Source of the DNA: an uncultured delta proteobacterium
Lineage (GTDB): Bacteria > Desulfobacterota > Desulfomonilia > Desulfomonilales > Desulfomonilaceae
Length of the DNA: 64,000 nt
Direction: 5' to 3'
NCBI GenBank assembly: GCA_963711335.1
Contig: CAVQDX010000040.1
Coordinates: forward strand, 171,267 to 235,266
The position numbers and the translations under genes were made by a program. The notes under the pieces are model-generated. The model was not told the origin of the DNA. It made no database searches and saw only the letters and a list, made by a program, of their open reading frames with translations. Of the stretch, positions 18,218 to 27,065 are shown piece after piece; within the stretch, counting starts at the first letter, position 1; each line of letters begins with the position of its first letter.

Positions 18218-20628
18218 GTAATCCCAAAACGCTTCATGTGACGATACAGAGAATCTCGGGCTATACCAAGCGTACGGGCTGCGGATCTTCTATTGCCTTC
18301 GCAACGTCGGAGCGCCTCCAAAACCAGGGATTTGATCACCTCATCCGTCACGTCGTGAAGCGTCCGTTCTTGCAACGGGAAACTGGAAACGTGAGACCAG
18401 TCCTCAAGATCTGCTTTGCCAGAAGGCAGCGTCAAGCTTAAGCTATGCCCGTCGGATAGCATCAATGAGCGCTCGAGAGCGTTCCGCAACTCCCTGACGT
18501 TGCCGGGCCAATCATATCTAGTAAGCCCAATTGCGAAGGCCGGATCAACATACGGGAGAGTAGTTAGTTGAAGTTCCACCGCTAGCCGCGACATGATCTC
18601 TTCCGAGAGTATGGGGATGTCTTCGATCCTGTCACGAAGGGGTGGCACGGTTATCCCGAAAACGTTAATTCTATAGAAGAGGGCGGACAGGAATCGGCCT
18701 TCCTCAACCTCATTATCGAGACTCCTGTTGGTAGCCGAAATGATCCGCGCATTCACATTAATGGGTTTTTCACCGCCTACACGAAGGAATGACCTTGTGT
18801 CCAGAAACGTAAGAAGCTTGGACTGCAACGAGAGTGGAAGCTCTCCTATTTCGTTGAGCAGGAGAGTGCCCCCTTCCGCCAACTCCAGAAGTCCTCGTTT
18901 ACGCCTATGCGCTCCTGTGAATGAGCCACGCTCATGTCCGAAAAGCTCTGATTCGGCTAATTCCCTTGATATGGCAGCGCAATTCAGTGAAAAGTAGGGG
19001 CCAAGCGCACGCTTCGAATGGTCGTGGATCCACCGCGCCAAATAGTCTTTGCCGCTTCCGCTCTCCCCCTGAAGTAGTACTGCCCCGTCACTAGCGGCGG
19101 CCGAGCGAGCCTCGCGCATAGTCGCCCTCATGGCTTCCGAGGGGTAGCTTTCAAAAACTGCTTTGGGGGTAGGCGATACCCTCGCACGCTCCGTCACATC
19201 ACGAGAAATCCCGAATACACCGATAATTTTACCCTCAGCGTTATGAAGAGGTCTGAGGACAGTATTCAGGGTCAACGAGACGCCCTTTCTCCGGACAGTG
19301 TGTTCTCTTTCGATGGACTCTCCGGCGAGTACGCGGAGATCCAGCTGTCGAAGCTGGCGCCCAACTTCCTCGCCATAGATGTCCTTGGGTTTGCGTCCAA
19401 TGATTTTGGACGTGTCAAGTTCAACCATTTTGGCCATCGCTGGGTTCACTTGTGTGTATTCAAAATTACTATTCATAATGAAAATCATGTCCTGGGCGCC
19501 GTCAAATATTGCCCTGAAACGCTCTTCACTGCGACGCAAAGCTTCCTCATCCCGCTTCCGTTCGGTAATATCAAGATATGTTCCCGCCAACCGCAACGGT
19601 TTGCCGTCTTTAGCCCTGGCAACGACTGAACCACGGGCCAACACCCACTTCCATTCGCCGAACCTGGGCCTGACCCGAAATTCCGCCTCGTATAAAGGTG
19701 TGCGACCTTCCAGGTGGGCATTTAAAGTCTCCATAACCAGAGACCAATCGTCTGGATGAGTTAGATTCTCCCACCAAGGGAGATGTGACTGAATCTCATC
19801 TAGAGTGAATCCTAGCATTTCGGCCAAACGCTGATCGCAAATAGTCTCACCTGTCTCAAGGTTGTAGTCCCACGACCCCAGGCCCGCTCCGCTCAATACG
19901 AGGTTCAGCCTTTGCTCACTTCGCCCCAGTTCGTCTTCCGCTCGGTGGCGCTCGACAATTTCAAGTTCAAGTTCTTTATTGGTCTTCAATAAATCGGATG
20001 TGCGTTCTGTTACTCTAAGTTCGAGTTCATCGTGAGCCCGCAGCGCTGACTCCTCTGCGAGCTTACGGTCGGTAATGTCCAATATGGCTGTTCGAAATCG
20101 GCCGGCCCCGCCTTCAGTGTCTTCTATTATTACGCTTTGCAATTGAGCGTGGAACCAACCGCCATCAGGTTTTACAAATCTTATTTCGCAACGGTGTTGG
20201 GTGTTGGTTTGAAAGACCTGCTTACGGTGGAGATAGAAAACATCTTGATCATCCTTATGAATAAAACTCGTCAACGGCTTGTCAATTAAAGATGTTCTCT
20301 CAATTCCAATTAGGCTCGCTCCGGTGAGGTTAGCTTCCAGAATAATCGCATTCTTGTCTAATGTGAAATATCCAACCGGCGCATAGTCGAATAAATCCAA
20401 ATACCTTTCTCTGGACCGCTCCGCTTCCTCTTGAGCCCGATGGAGTTCCTCATTCTGCATTTCCAGCTCGATCTGATGGACCCACAACTCCTGAATGAGT
20501 TTTTGCATTTCCTCTTGGGTCAGAGCTGGTAAATCGGGGATTCTTTCTCCAGATTTTCCGAGAACGGCAGCCTCTGCCCTAGATCGCAGACCGGTGCGAT
20601 TAATCTTGGGATCCTCATCTTTTGTCAT
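18184..20628 (-). CDS. sigma-54-dependent transcriptional activator (3 PAS, AAA+, Fis-type HTH)
   Basis: Intact 814 aa ORF. AAA+ motifs GESGSGKD, ESELFGHERGSFTGA (GAFTGA-type loop) and WPGNVRELRN. C-terminal HTH AARTLGIARDSLYRHMKRFGI. Confidence 0.92.
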   Translation of the reverse strand: MTKDEDPKINRTGLRSRAEAAVLGKSGERIPDLPALTQEEMQKLIQELWVHQIELEMQNEELHRAQEEAERSRERYLDLFDYAPVGYFTLDKNAIILEANLTGASLIGIERTSLIDKPLTSFIHKDDQDVFYLHRKQVFQTNTQHRCEIRFVKPDGGWFHAQLQSVIIEDTEGGAGRFRTAILDITDRKLAEESALRAHDELELRVTERTSDLLKTNKELELEIVERHRAEDELGRSEQRLNLVLSGAGLGSWDYNLETGETICDQRLAEMLGFTLDEIQSHLPWWENLTHPDDWSLVMETLNAHLEGRTPLYEAEFRVRPRFGEWKWVLARGSVVARAKDGKPLRLAGTYLDITERKRDEEALRRSEERFRAIFDGAQDMIFIMNSNFEYTQVNPAMAKMVELDTSKIIGRKPKDIYGEEVGRQLRQLDLRVLAGESIEREHTVRRKGVSLTLNTVLRPLHNAEGKIIGVFGISRDVTERARVSPTPKAVFESYPSEAMRATMREARSAAASDGAVLLQGESGSGKDYLARWIHDHSKRALGPYFSLNCAAISRELAESELFGHERGSFTGAHRRKRGLLELAEGGTLLLNEIGELPLSLQSKLLTFLDTRSFLRVGGEKPINVNARIISATNRSLDNEVEEGRFLSALFYRINVFGITVPPLRDRIEDIPILSEEIMSRLAVELQLTTLPYVDPAFAIGLTRYDWPGNVRELRNALERSLMLSDGHSLSLTLPSGKADLEDWSHVSSFPLQERTLHDVTDEVIKSLVLEALRRCEGNRRSAARTLGIARDSLYRHMKRFGITSENRTTDQDD

Positions 20629-20902
20629 GTATAAACGCAGCCTCCTCGATCAAATCTACAATAGTCTTATAGCATTGTGTCTTAATATTATACCACCGGT
20701 CTTGATTACCAGAAATTTAATTTGTTTGGGGCTCATATTAGTGAGGAAGCTAATTAATAAAACCGGAAATAAGGGAGAGGCGGGATCGTGTAATGACCCA
20801 ACCTCTCGATGCACACGAAAAAAACCGGGCAGTTTTGTTACGTGTAATAATCAAGTGTGACATGTTCTCTACATGTCAATGGCCTGAACAAAATTTCCAG
20901 GT

Positions 20903-21169
20903 TCATTCATAATGGCTCCACATTCTGAGAATTTTGACCACTCTTAGGTCGTCCAGAACCTGGTATACGATACGATGTTGAATAGTTAAACGTCGAGAAT
21001 AGGCGCCTGAAAGGTCCCCCACCAATTTCTCAAACGGGGGAAAATTTTGGAATGGGTTTCCTCTGATGATGTTTAAAAGTTCCTCAGCTTTTGATTTCAA
21101 TCCAGCTTCTCGAATCTTCCTGGCGTCCTTCTGCGCTTTGACCGTGAAGACCAGTCTCCATTTTACCAT
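20903..21169 (-). CDS. yoeB: type II toxin, YoeB/Txe family
   Basis: 88 aa protein with ..LVGDLSGAYSRRLTIQHRIVYQVLDD..VKILRMWSHYE, typical of YoeB. Overlaps the antitoxin gene by 7 nt. Confidence 0.85.
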   Translation of the reverse strand: MVKWRLVFTVKAQKDARKIREAGLKSKAEELLNIIRGNPFQNFPPFEKLVGDLSGAYSRRLTIQHRIVYQVLDDLRVVKILRMWSHYE

Positions 21170-21405
21170 CCGGGGTTCTCGCTACATTCTTCCACCGGAG
21201 TTTCCAGCCCCTGGCGAATCGATTCGCTCATGCCAGGCATGGACATCAGATAGAGAGTCTCCTGTATTGAACGCCAGTCTTCCTCGGAGATTAAAATTGC
21301 GTTCCCTCGTTTCCCGGAAATCTGAACCGGCTCATGAGATGACGCTACTTCCTTTATAAGTTTGTAAAGTTGAGACCTGGCTTGGGTAACATTTATGGTA
21401 TTCAT
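21163..21405 (-). CDS. yefM: type II antitoxin, Phd/YefM family
   Basis: 80 aa protein with MNTINVTQARSQLYKLIKEV...PVQISGKRGNAILISEEDWRSIQETLYL. Confidence 0.85.
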   Translation of the reverse strand: MNTINVTQARSQLYKLIKEVASSHEPVQISGKRGNAILISEEDWRSIQETLYLMSMPGMSESIRQGLETPVEECSENPGW

Positions 21406-21421
21406 GAAGTGCCCTCCGAGA

Positions 21422-21444
21422 TTAATGTACGTTAATATGTACGC
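21422..21444 (-). promoter_or_regulatory. candidate YefM-YoeB operator (two TGTAC cores 12 bp apart)
   Basis: TTAATGTACGTTAATATGTACGC lies 17 nt upstream of the yefM ATG, with TGTAC at 21426 and 21438. The E. coli yefM-yoeB operator has two palindromes with TGTACA cores 12 bp centre to centre. Confidence 0.5.
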
Positions 21445-21545
21445 TTTGTCAAAAACGCATAATGGGGATGAGCGGATGCCTGGCCCTTAATTCGGAAATC
21501 CAGCATCTGGAGCGCATCTGAATTTCATTACGTAATGATTGAATC

Positions 21546-21579
21546 AAAAAAAACGCCGGCTATAAAACCGGCGAAAAAA
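21546..21579 (-). terminator. Rho-independent terminator (bidirectional shape) after the acyl-CoA synthetase gene
   Basis: AAAAAAAA-CGCCGG-CTATAAAA-CCGGCG-AAAAAA on the plus strand. The minus transcript has a 6 bp GC stem followed by T8. Confidence 0.75.
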
Positions 21580-21614
21580 GAGTTATGAACGAGCTGCGTT
21601 CAATCTGAATAAGA

Positions 21615-23193
21615 TTAGGCGCTCTTTTGAAACTTTTCAGCCTCCATCCGCTTCAACTCTCTTTTTAAAATTTTTCCTGTGGCGGTCTTCGGTAACTCAT
21701 CTATTGTTGTAAACTCAATTTGGCGAGGGGCTTTGTAGGCAGCCATGTTGGCTTTAGCCCATCTTATCATTTCCTCCTCCGTAGCTGTATGGCCTGGGGC
21801 CAGCACCACAAAGGCCTTTGGGAATCTCTCCCTTTGCCCTGTCGGGAATACCTATAACCACGGCTTGCAGAATCTTAGGATTTTCCGATAAATAGCTTTC
21901 AACTTCACTGGGATAGATATTGTATCCCCCACACACCAGCATGTCGTCTTTCCTGTCGACTATGTACAGGAGACTATCGCTGTAACTGTCGCCCTTTAAG
22001 TACGCAAGGTCGCCTGACTTCCACCAACCATCCTGAATCTTTGCCGCAGTCATTTCAGGGTCTTTCCAGTAACGATTGATTACACCCGGCCCTTTACACC
22101 AAAGTTCGCCTATCTCACCATTTTGCAAATCATTGCCATCAGGCCCCACAACTTTGATCTGCCAGCCCGGAGCAGGCCAACCGGGGCTTCCGGGCGTATA
22201 GTGCCCGAATCGTGTATGTGTAACACTACTGCCCGACTCTGTAGCTCCGTAACATTCTATCAACCCAAGCTTAAAAATTTCTTCGATCTGCCGACCCAAT
22301 TCCGCAGGCAGGGAAGATCCAGCGGCCTGACCAAGCCTAAGGCTTGAAATGTCGTAAATGTCCTTGTTCTTGAGGTACTCCTCGATAAGATATGTCCACA
22401 TCGTGGGCGTACCCATAAAATGAGTAACCTTGTGTTTGGTAATGAGTTCCAGAGTATCCTTCGGGAAAAACCTTTGTAACGTAACTACGGTGGCCCCTGC
22501 ACAAAGAGTCGGAAGCACCGTAATCACCATGTATACATGAAAAAAAGGCGTTCCCGTAAGCACAAGATCTTCATCTGTCATAGGGACCACGTGTCCCGAG
22601 TTTACTCTTGCCTGGAACAACCATCCGCCATGCGTGGACAGAGCGCCTTTTGGTCTACCCGTGGTGCCGGAAGTATAAAGTAACGCCAGCCCATGATCAT
22701 CGGGAACGTCTAACGCCGAGAAATCAGAATTGTTTTTGGAGATCAGCTCCTCGTAGACCAAAACGTTGCGATTGACCCCATTACCCGCAATGCCCTGAAC
22801 TGAGATTATTTTTTTGACCGAGGGGAGTTTGTCGAGAATAGGTAAAATATTTTCTTCCGTTTCGGTCGCCATCCCAATAATGACCATAGCTTCGCTGTGG
22901 TTAATAATGTACTCAATTTCCATCTTTTTCAGCATAATGTTGAAAGGAACAGAAATCGCTCCCATCTTGGCGATGGCCACAAAGGCCACAATGAATTCAG
23001 GAACGTTTCGGAGATAAAGCGCCACTCGATCTCCCTTTTTAACACCCAATCCATGAAGGGCGTTAGCCATAGCGTTTACCTGATCGTTCAGCTCCGAATA
23101 CGTATATCTGGCTCCAGTGACCCCATCGATAATAGCCGTCCTGCTTGGTATTCGGTCGGCGTTCTTCTCAACACATTCATGGCCTAAGTTCAT
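21615..23193 (-). pseudogene. AMP-forming acyl-CoA synthetase/ligase (ANL superfamily), one frame break as sequenced
   Basis: Motifs LLYTSGTTGRPKG, GYGATE-like YGATESG and WWKSGDL. The C-terminus continues in ORF 21615..21809. The junction ..GEIPK|AFVVLAPGHTATEEEMIRW.. at 21815-21816 is repaired by removing one base. GGAGGAGAGGAG precedes the ATG at 23193. Confidence 0.85.
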
Positions 23194-23258
23194 CCCTGTA
23201 ACTCCTCTCCTCCACATAAGGTTAGCTTGCTTAAACTTTCAGCCGAACATGGGTTTAT

Positions 23259-23275
23259 AAGCAAGGTCCGTGCCT
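23259..23275 (-). promoter_or_regulatory. sigma-54 (RpoN) promoter, -24/-12 type
   Basis: The minus strand reads AGGCACGGACCTTGCTT (GGCACG-N4-TTGCT), with GG and GC 11 nt apart. It lies about 65 nt upstream of the acyl-CoA synthetase ATG. Confidence 0.7.
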
Positions 23276-23374
23276 GACAGACAGACAACATGAGGTATAA
23301 AATTTAACTCTTTGGAATAATGACTAGATTTAATGTGTGATTGATATGACGAGGAACTATTCTGGGGATAGAAG

Positions 23375-23411
23375 TGGAAAGATTGTTTCCACAGGAGGAA
23401 ACATTTTTTCC
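23375..23411 (-). promoter_or_regulatory. candidate upstream activator sequence: two dyads TGGAAA-N5-TTTCCA and GGAAA-N5-TTTCC
   Basis: The dyads lie at 23375..23391 and 23397..23411, with centres 21 bp apart, about 100-135 bp upstream of the -24 element. Confidence 0.45.
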
Positions 23412-23424
23412 AGTACAGTTAGAG

Positions 23425-23778
23425 TTAGGCGTCTAAACTATATAAATCATAACGTTTGAGGCGCTTCCGGAGTGTTGGGCGGGAAATTCCCAGCATTCTC
23501 GCCGCGGCCGAAAGGTTTCCATTGGTTTCAGTCATCGCTTTCTTTATATGTATTTTCTCAACTTCATCCAGTGAACCGTGCCCTGATGAATCCAAAGGCT
23601 CCGCTCACGAAGCCGTCAATACGGCTTGAACGGCGTCGGCCAGCAGCACTGAGCTGCGAGATGCCAGGATTGCCTTGGTAAGAACATTTTTTGACTCCCG
23701 AACATTTCCTGGCCAGGAATATGCCTTCAGAATGTTCATTACCCTGTTTTCTAGCTCGCGTGACTTTAGATCGGATGA
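23425..23778 (-). pseudogene. 5'-truncated sigma-54 activator relic (last ~115 codons, in-frame TGA)
   Basis: One frame reads ..LKSRELENRVMNILKAYSWPGNVRESKNVLTKAILASRSSVLLADAVQAVLTAS-TGA-AEPLDSSGHGSLDEVEKIHIKKAMTETNGNLSAAARMLGISRPTLRKRLKRYDLYSLDA*. The TGA is at 23605..23607. There are stops immediately upstream (23779..23784), and no Walker A or GAFTGA region is present. Confidence 0.75.
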
Positions 23779-23840
23779 TTATCAAATCAGCGAAGGTGAA
23801 ACCTAATTCGCTGTCTTTGGCCTGATTTGGGCCAATTTTC

Positions 23841-23869
23841 TTGACATGCAAAAGGAGTCGAGTCATATT
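23841..23869 (+). promoter_or_regulatory. sigma-70-like promoter candidate for padR-modABC
   Basis: TTGACA (23841..23846), a 17 nt spacer, then CATATT (23864..23869). The next ATG at 23879 would give a nearly leaderless mRNA. Confidence 0.3.
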
Positions 23870-23878
23870 ACTCACACT

Positions 23879-24457
23879 ATGACTAGTCAAGCAATGAAGC
23901 TACATGCCGTTTCGTCCAGAAACCCTGCGGAATTCGCGGTTATGGGGGCTCTCGACCTTCAGGATTCTCATGGCTACAGGTTGGTAGCATTTCTCCAGGA
24001 AAATTTATCAGGAATCTGTTGCCTTGGTCGCAGCCAAATCTATGCGTTGCTGACCAGGCTCGAACATGAAGGCCTGACAGTTCACGAACGTGTTGAACAG
24101 ACCAACCTCCCTTCCAAAAAAGTGTTCAGGCTCACACAGTCCGGAAGAAATGAACTCCTTCAGTGGCTAACCGCGCCTGTGCCGAATCTGAGGGATCTCA
24201 GAATAGAGTTCCTAATCAAGCTCTTTTTCGCACGATTTAGATCGCAAGACGCAGAATTGGTTCTGCTGTCCAAACAACTCGAAGTATGTAAATCCAAGCG
24301 GTCCCGCTTGATTGATGTTAGGTCCAGGGCATCAAACAGAATCGACCAGGAAGCTCTTGAGTATCGCATTTCAATGGCTCAGGCCGCCTGTGTTTGGCTG
24401 GAGTCTCTGATCAAACAAACTTCCGACCCGGCTAATAAATCTGTTCCCGCGCAGTAA
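23879..24457 (+). CDS. PadR-family transcriptional regulator
   Basis: FAVMGALDLQDSHGYRLVAFL....SQIYALLTRLEHEGLTVHERVEQTNLPSKKVFRLTQSGRNELLQWL matches the PadR winged helix. The start is uncertain (23846, 23879 or 23894). Confidence 0.7.
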   Translation: MTSQAMKLHAVSSRNPAEFAVMGALDLQDSHGYRLVAFLQENLSGICCLGRSQIYALLTRLEHEGLTVHERVEQTNLPSKKVFRLTQSGRNELLQWLTAPVPNLRDLRIEFLIKLFFARFRSQDAELVLLSKQLEVCKSKRSRLIDVRSRASNRIDQEALEYRISMAQAACVWLESLIKQTSDPANKSVPAQ

Positions 24458-24482
24458 TCAGCTTCACATTGAAAGGACTACG

Positions 24483-25271
24483 ATGAAAAAAGAACGTTTT
24501 CTAATCCCCATTTTGTCAGTTCTGTTGTCGATTGGCGCCGTTGTTGTTTCTGTCACTAATTGTTTGCCGTCGGAACCCGGACATGTAACGGTTTTTGCAG
24601 CGGCTTCCACTACTAACGCTATTAATGATATCGCCGCCGCGTTTAAGAAACAATTTGGCGTCGACGTGGTATCCTCATTCGCTTCATCCTCCACTCTAGC
24701 CAAGCAGATCGAACAGGGAGCGCCTGCGTCCATTTTTATTTCAGCGGACGAAGACTGGATGAATTACCTTGCCAAGAAAGATTTAATCGCCCCGGACAGT
24801 CGAACCGATCTCCTCGGTAATAGCCTCGTGCTGATTGCTCCAGTTTCCAGTAAAATATTGAAGATAGATAATATTAAGTCCCAATTGGCGCCTGAACTGG
24901 GCTCCGGACGGCTTGCGACAGGAGACCCGGACCACGTTCCAGTTGGTAAATACGCTAAAGCGGCGCTTGAAAATCTCGGGATATGGAAAGAGATCGAGCC
25001 TAGACTCGCTCGAGCGAGCGATGTTCGTGGCGCTCTAGCTCTTGTCGAAAGGGCTGAGGCCCCCCTTGGGGTCGTTTACTCTACTGACGCCGCTATTAGC
25101 AAGAATGTGAAAATCGTCGGAGCCTTTCCTCCTGACAGCTATCCGCCTGTAGTCTATCCGGTAGCATTGATTAAGGCCTACGATAGCCAGGACGCCAAGA
25201 AATTCTTTGAGTTCCTCAAGAGCGCGGAAGCCAGGACGATTTTTGAGAAATACGGTTTTAGCGTCAAGTGA
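24483..25271 (+). CDS. modA: molybdate ABC transporter substrate-binding protein
   Basis: 262 aa with a signal/lipobox-like N-terminus and VFAAASTTNAINDIAAAFKKQFGVDVV..FASSSTLAKQIEQGAP..IFISAD. Followed by the permease and ATPase genes. Confidence 0.88.
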   Translation: MKKERFLIPILSVLLSIGAVVVSVTNCLPSEPGHVTVFAAASTTNAINDIAAAFKKQFGVDVVSSFASSSTLAKQIEQGAPASIFISADEDWMNYLAKKDLIAPDSRTDLLGNSLVLIAPVSSKILKIDNIKSQLAPELGSGRLATGDPDHVPVGKYAKAALENLGIWKEIEPRLARASDVRGALALVERAEAPLGVVYSTDAAISKNVKIVGAFPPDSYPPVVYPVALIKAYDSQDAKKFFEFLKSAEARTIFEKYGFSVK

Positions 25272-25969
25272 CTGAATGGTACACATTGACACCACTGGAA
25301 AAGGAAGCGCTCCGACTGAGTCTTTGGATATCAACATGGGCGGTCATAGCCATCCTTCCTCCGGGAATATTCATCGCGTGGCTTCTCGCCAGAAAGAGGT
25401 TTATTGGCAAAACCTTTCTCGATGGCTTGACACATCTGCCCCTCGTCTTGCCACCGGTTGTGATCGGCTATCTACTGCTGGTTCTCCTTGGCCGAAATGG
25501 AGTCATTGGGGCCTGGATATACAAAAACCTTGGAATCAGTTTTATCTTCAATTGGAAAGGAGCCGCTGTGGCGTCCGCTGTAGTAGCGTTTCCTCTCCTG
25601 GTAAGAGCGATTCGTCTTTCCATTGAACAGGTGGATGTGGGGTTGGAAGCGGCGGCGAAGACCCTGGGGGCCGGTCCGATCCGGGTATTTTTCACAGTCA
25701 CAGCGCCTTTAATTATGCCGGGGATCATTACCGGCGTAATTTTAGCCTTCGCCCGTAGCCTTAGCGAATTTGGAGCGACCATAACCTTTGTTTCGAACAT
25801 TCCAGGACAAACTCGGACCCTGCCTTTAGCGCTGTATACGCTGACACAAGTCCCGGACGGCGAAGCTGGGGCCTTTCGTTTATGCGCAATTTCCGTGATT
25901 GTGGCTTTCGTGGCGTTGATGTTGTCGGAATTCAGTTCCAGATATGTTTTTAACAAGATTCGAGGCTAA
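25268..25969 (+). CDS. modB: molybdate ABC transporter permease
   Basis: 233 aa multi-pass membrane protein with the EAA-type loop (LEAAAKTLGAGPIRVFFTVTAPL). Overlaps modA by 4 nt. Confidence 0.88.
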   Translation: MTEWYTLTPLEKEALRLSLWISTWAVIAILPPGIFIAWLLARKRFIGKTFLDGLTHLPLVLPPVVIGYLLLVLLGRNGVIGAWIYKNLGISFIFNWKGAAVASAVVAFPLLVRAIRLSIEQVDVGLEAAAKTLGAGPIRVFFTVTAPLIMPGIITGVILAFARSLSEFGATITFVSNIPGQTRTLPLALYTLTQVPDGEAGAFRLCAISVIVAFVALMLSEFSSRYVFNKIRG

Positions 25970-25972
25970 ACG

Positions 25973-26740
25973 GTGCTTGAAGTAAATGTCCGAAAAAAAT
26001 TGGGCGCATTTACAGTCAACGTTGCATTCTCAACTGGAGATTCGGGAATCACCGCGATCTTCGGGCCTTCCGGGGCAGGAAAAACCTCGGTCATCAACAT
26101 GGTCGCCGGACTGCTTGAACCGGATCACGGTCGAATTTCTTTGGACAATGAACCTATCTTTGACTCTAATAAGCGGATTAATGTCGTTCCCAACAAGAGG
26201 CGACTCGGTTATATTTTTCAGGATGGCCGCCTTTTCCCTCATCTATCTGTCAAATCCAACTTGACTTACGGAATGAAATTGCTTCCCAGGAAGGATAGAA
26301 GACTTAGCTTTGACAAGGTAATTGACCTTCTGGATTTGGGAGCGCTGCTATATAGACGGCCGTCCAAGCTATCAGGTGGGGAGAAGCAGCGGGTGGCCAT
26401 CGGTCGGGCGCTCCTTACCAGCCCTTCCCTACTGCTTATGGATGAGCCGCTTTCGTCACTGGATGGCCAACTAAAGGCGGAGATTTTGCCTTTCGTGTCA
26501 AAAATGCAGAGGGAATCCATGATCCCGACGCTGTATGTCAGCCATTCAATTGACGAGATATTGTTGATCGCTGAAAGGGTCATTGTTATCAGGGGTGGAC
26601 AGGTAGCTTTTTCCGGTAAACTTGATTCATCTTTAATAGAAGAGCGCTCCGAGCTTTTCCCCACGCTCCAGGGAAACAGCCCTGCCCTACTACCGAAGCC
26701 CTATTTTCAAAATGCTTTAAGTTCCAGCCCCCTGTTTTAG
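25973..26740 (+). CDS. modC: molybdate ABC transporter ATP-binding protein, short form without a recognisable TOBE domain
   Basis: Walker A GPSGAGKTS, signature LSGGEKQRVAIGRAL and Walker B LLLMDEPLSSLD. Only about 40 aa follow the ABC core. GTG start. Confidence 0.8.
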   Translation: MLEVNVRKKLGAFTVNVAFSTGDSGITAIFGPSGAGKTSVINMVAGLLEPDHGRISLDNEPIFDSNKRINVVPNKRRLGYIFQDGRLFPHLSVKSNLTYGMKLLPRKDRRLSFDKVIDLLDLGALLYRRPSKLSGGEKQRVAIGRALLTSPSLLLMDEPLSSLDGQLKAEILPFVSKMQRESMIPTLYVSHSIDEILLIAERVIVIRGGQVAFSGKLDSSLIEERSELFPTLQGNSPALLPKPYFQNALSSSPLF

Positions 26741-27065
26741 AGGCGCAGCAGTCGATTACCACATTGCCCTGACATTTGCTCTTTTGATCCTGCTTTTGAG
26801 TTGAACCTATGCGGATCCAGTCATAGCTTTCTTCACCAATTTCCATATTTATATCTAATGTAATAAGCAAGTTGCATCTCAGATACGGACTCGGTGTTGA
26901 CCACATCTCATTAGTCCTGCTAAATATGCCATAATGGTTATGTCTGCTTGGACATATTGCTCAGGCCAGGCGCATAGTAAACCAATTTAACTCAAAGAAT
27001 CACCATCTAAAGGTTTACATCGGAATCTATCCGAGGCGAACCACGAATCCGGAAAGGAGGTTCCT

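Noticed and set aside
23605-23607. In-frame TGA of the activator relic as a possible selenocysteine codon
   Set aside because: The TGA lies in a non-conserved linker of a gene that also lacks its entire N-terminal two thirds. No Cys/Sec-type context or SECIS-like hairpin follows it.
26741-27065. Missing ModC TOBE domain hidden by another frameshift, or a real gene such as ORF 26589..26906 (-) in the modC-fdhA spacer
   Set aside because: None of the three plus frames downstream of 26740 gives TOBE-like sequence. The minus ORF overlaps the modC 3' end, has no RBS and no recognisable similarity.
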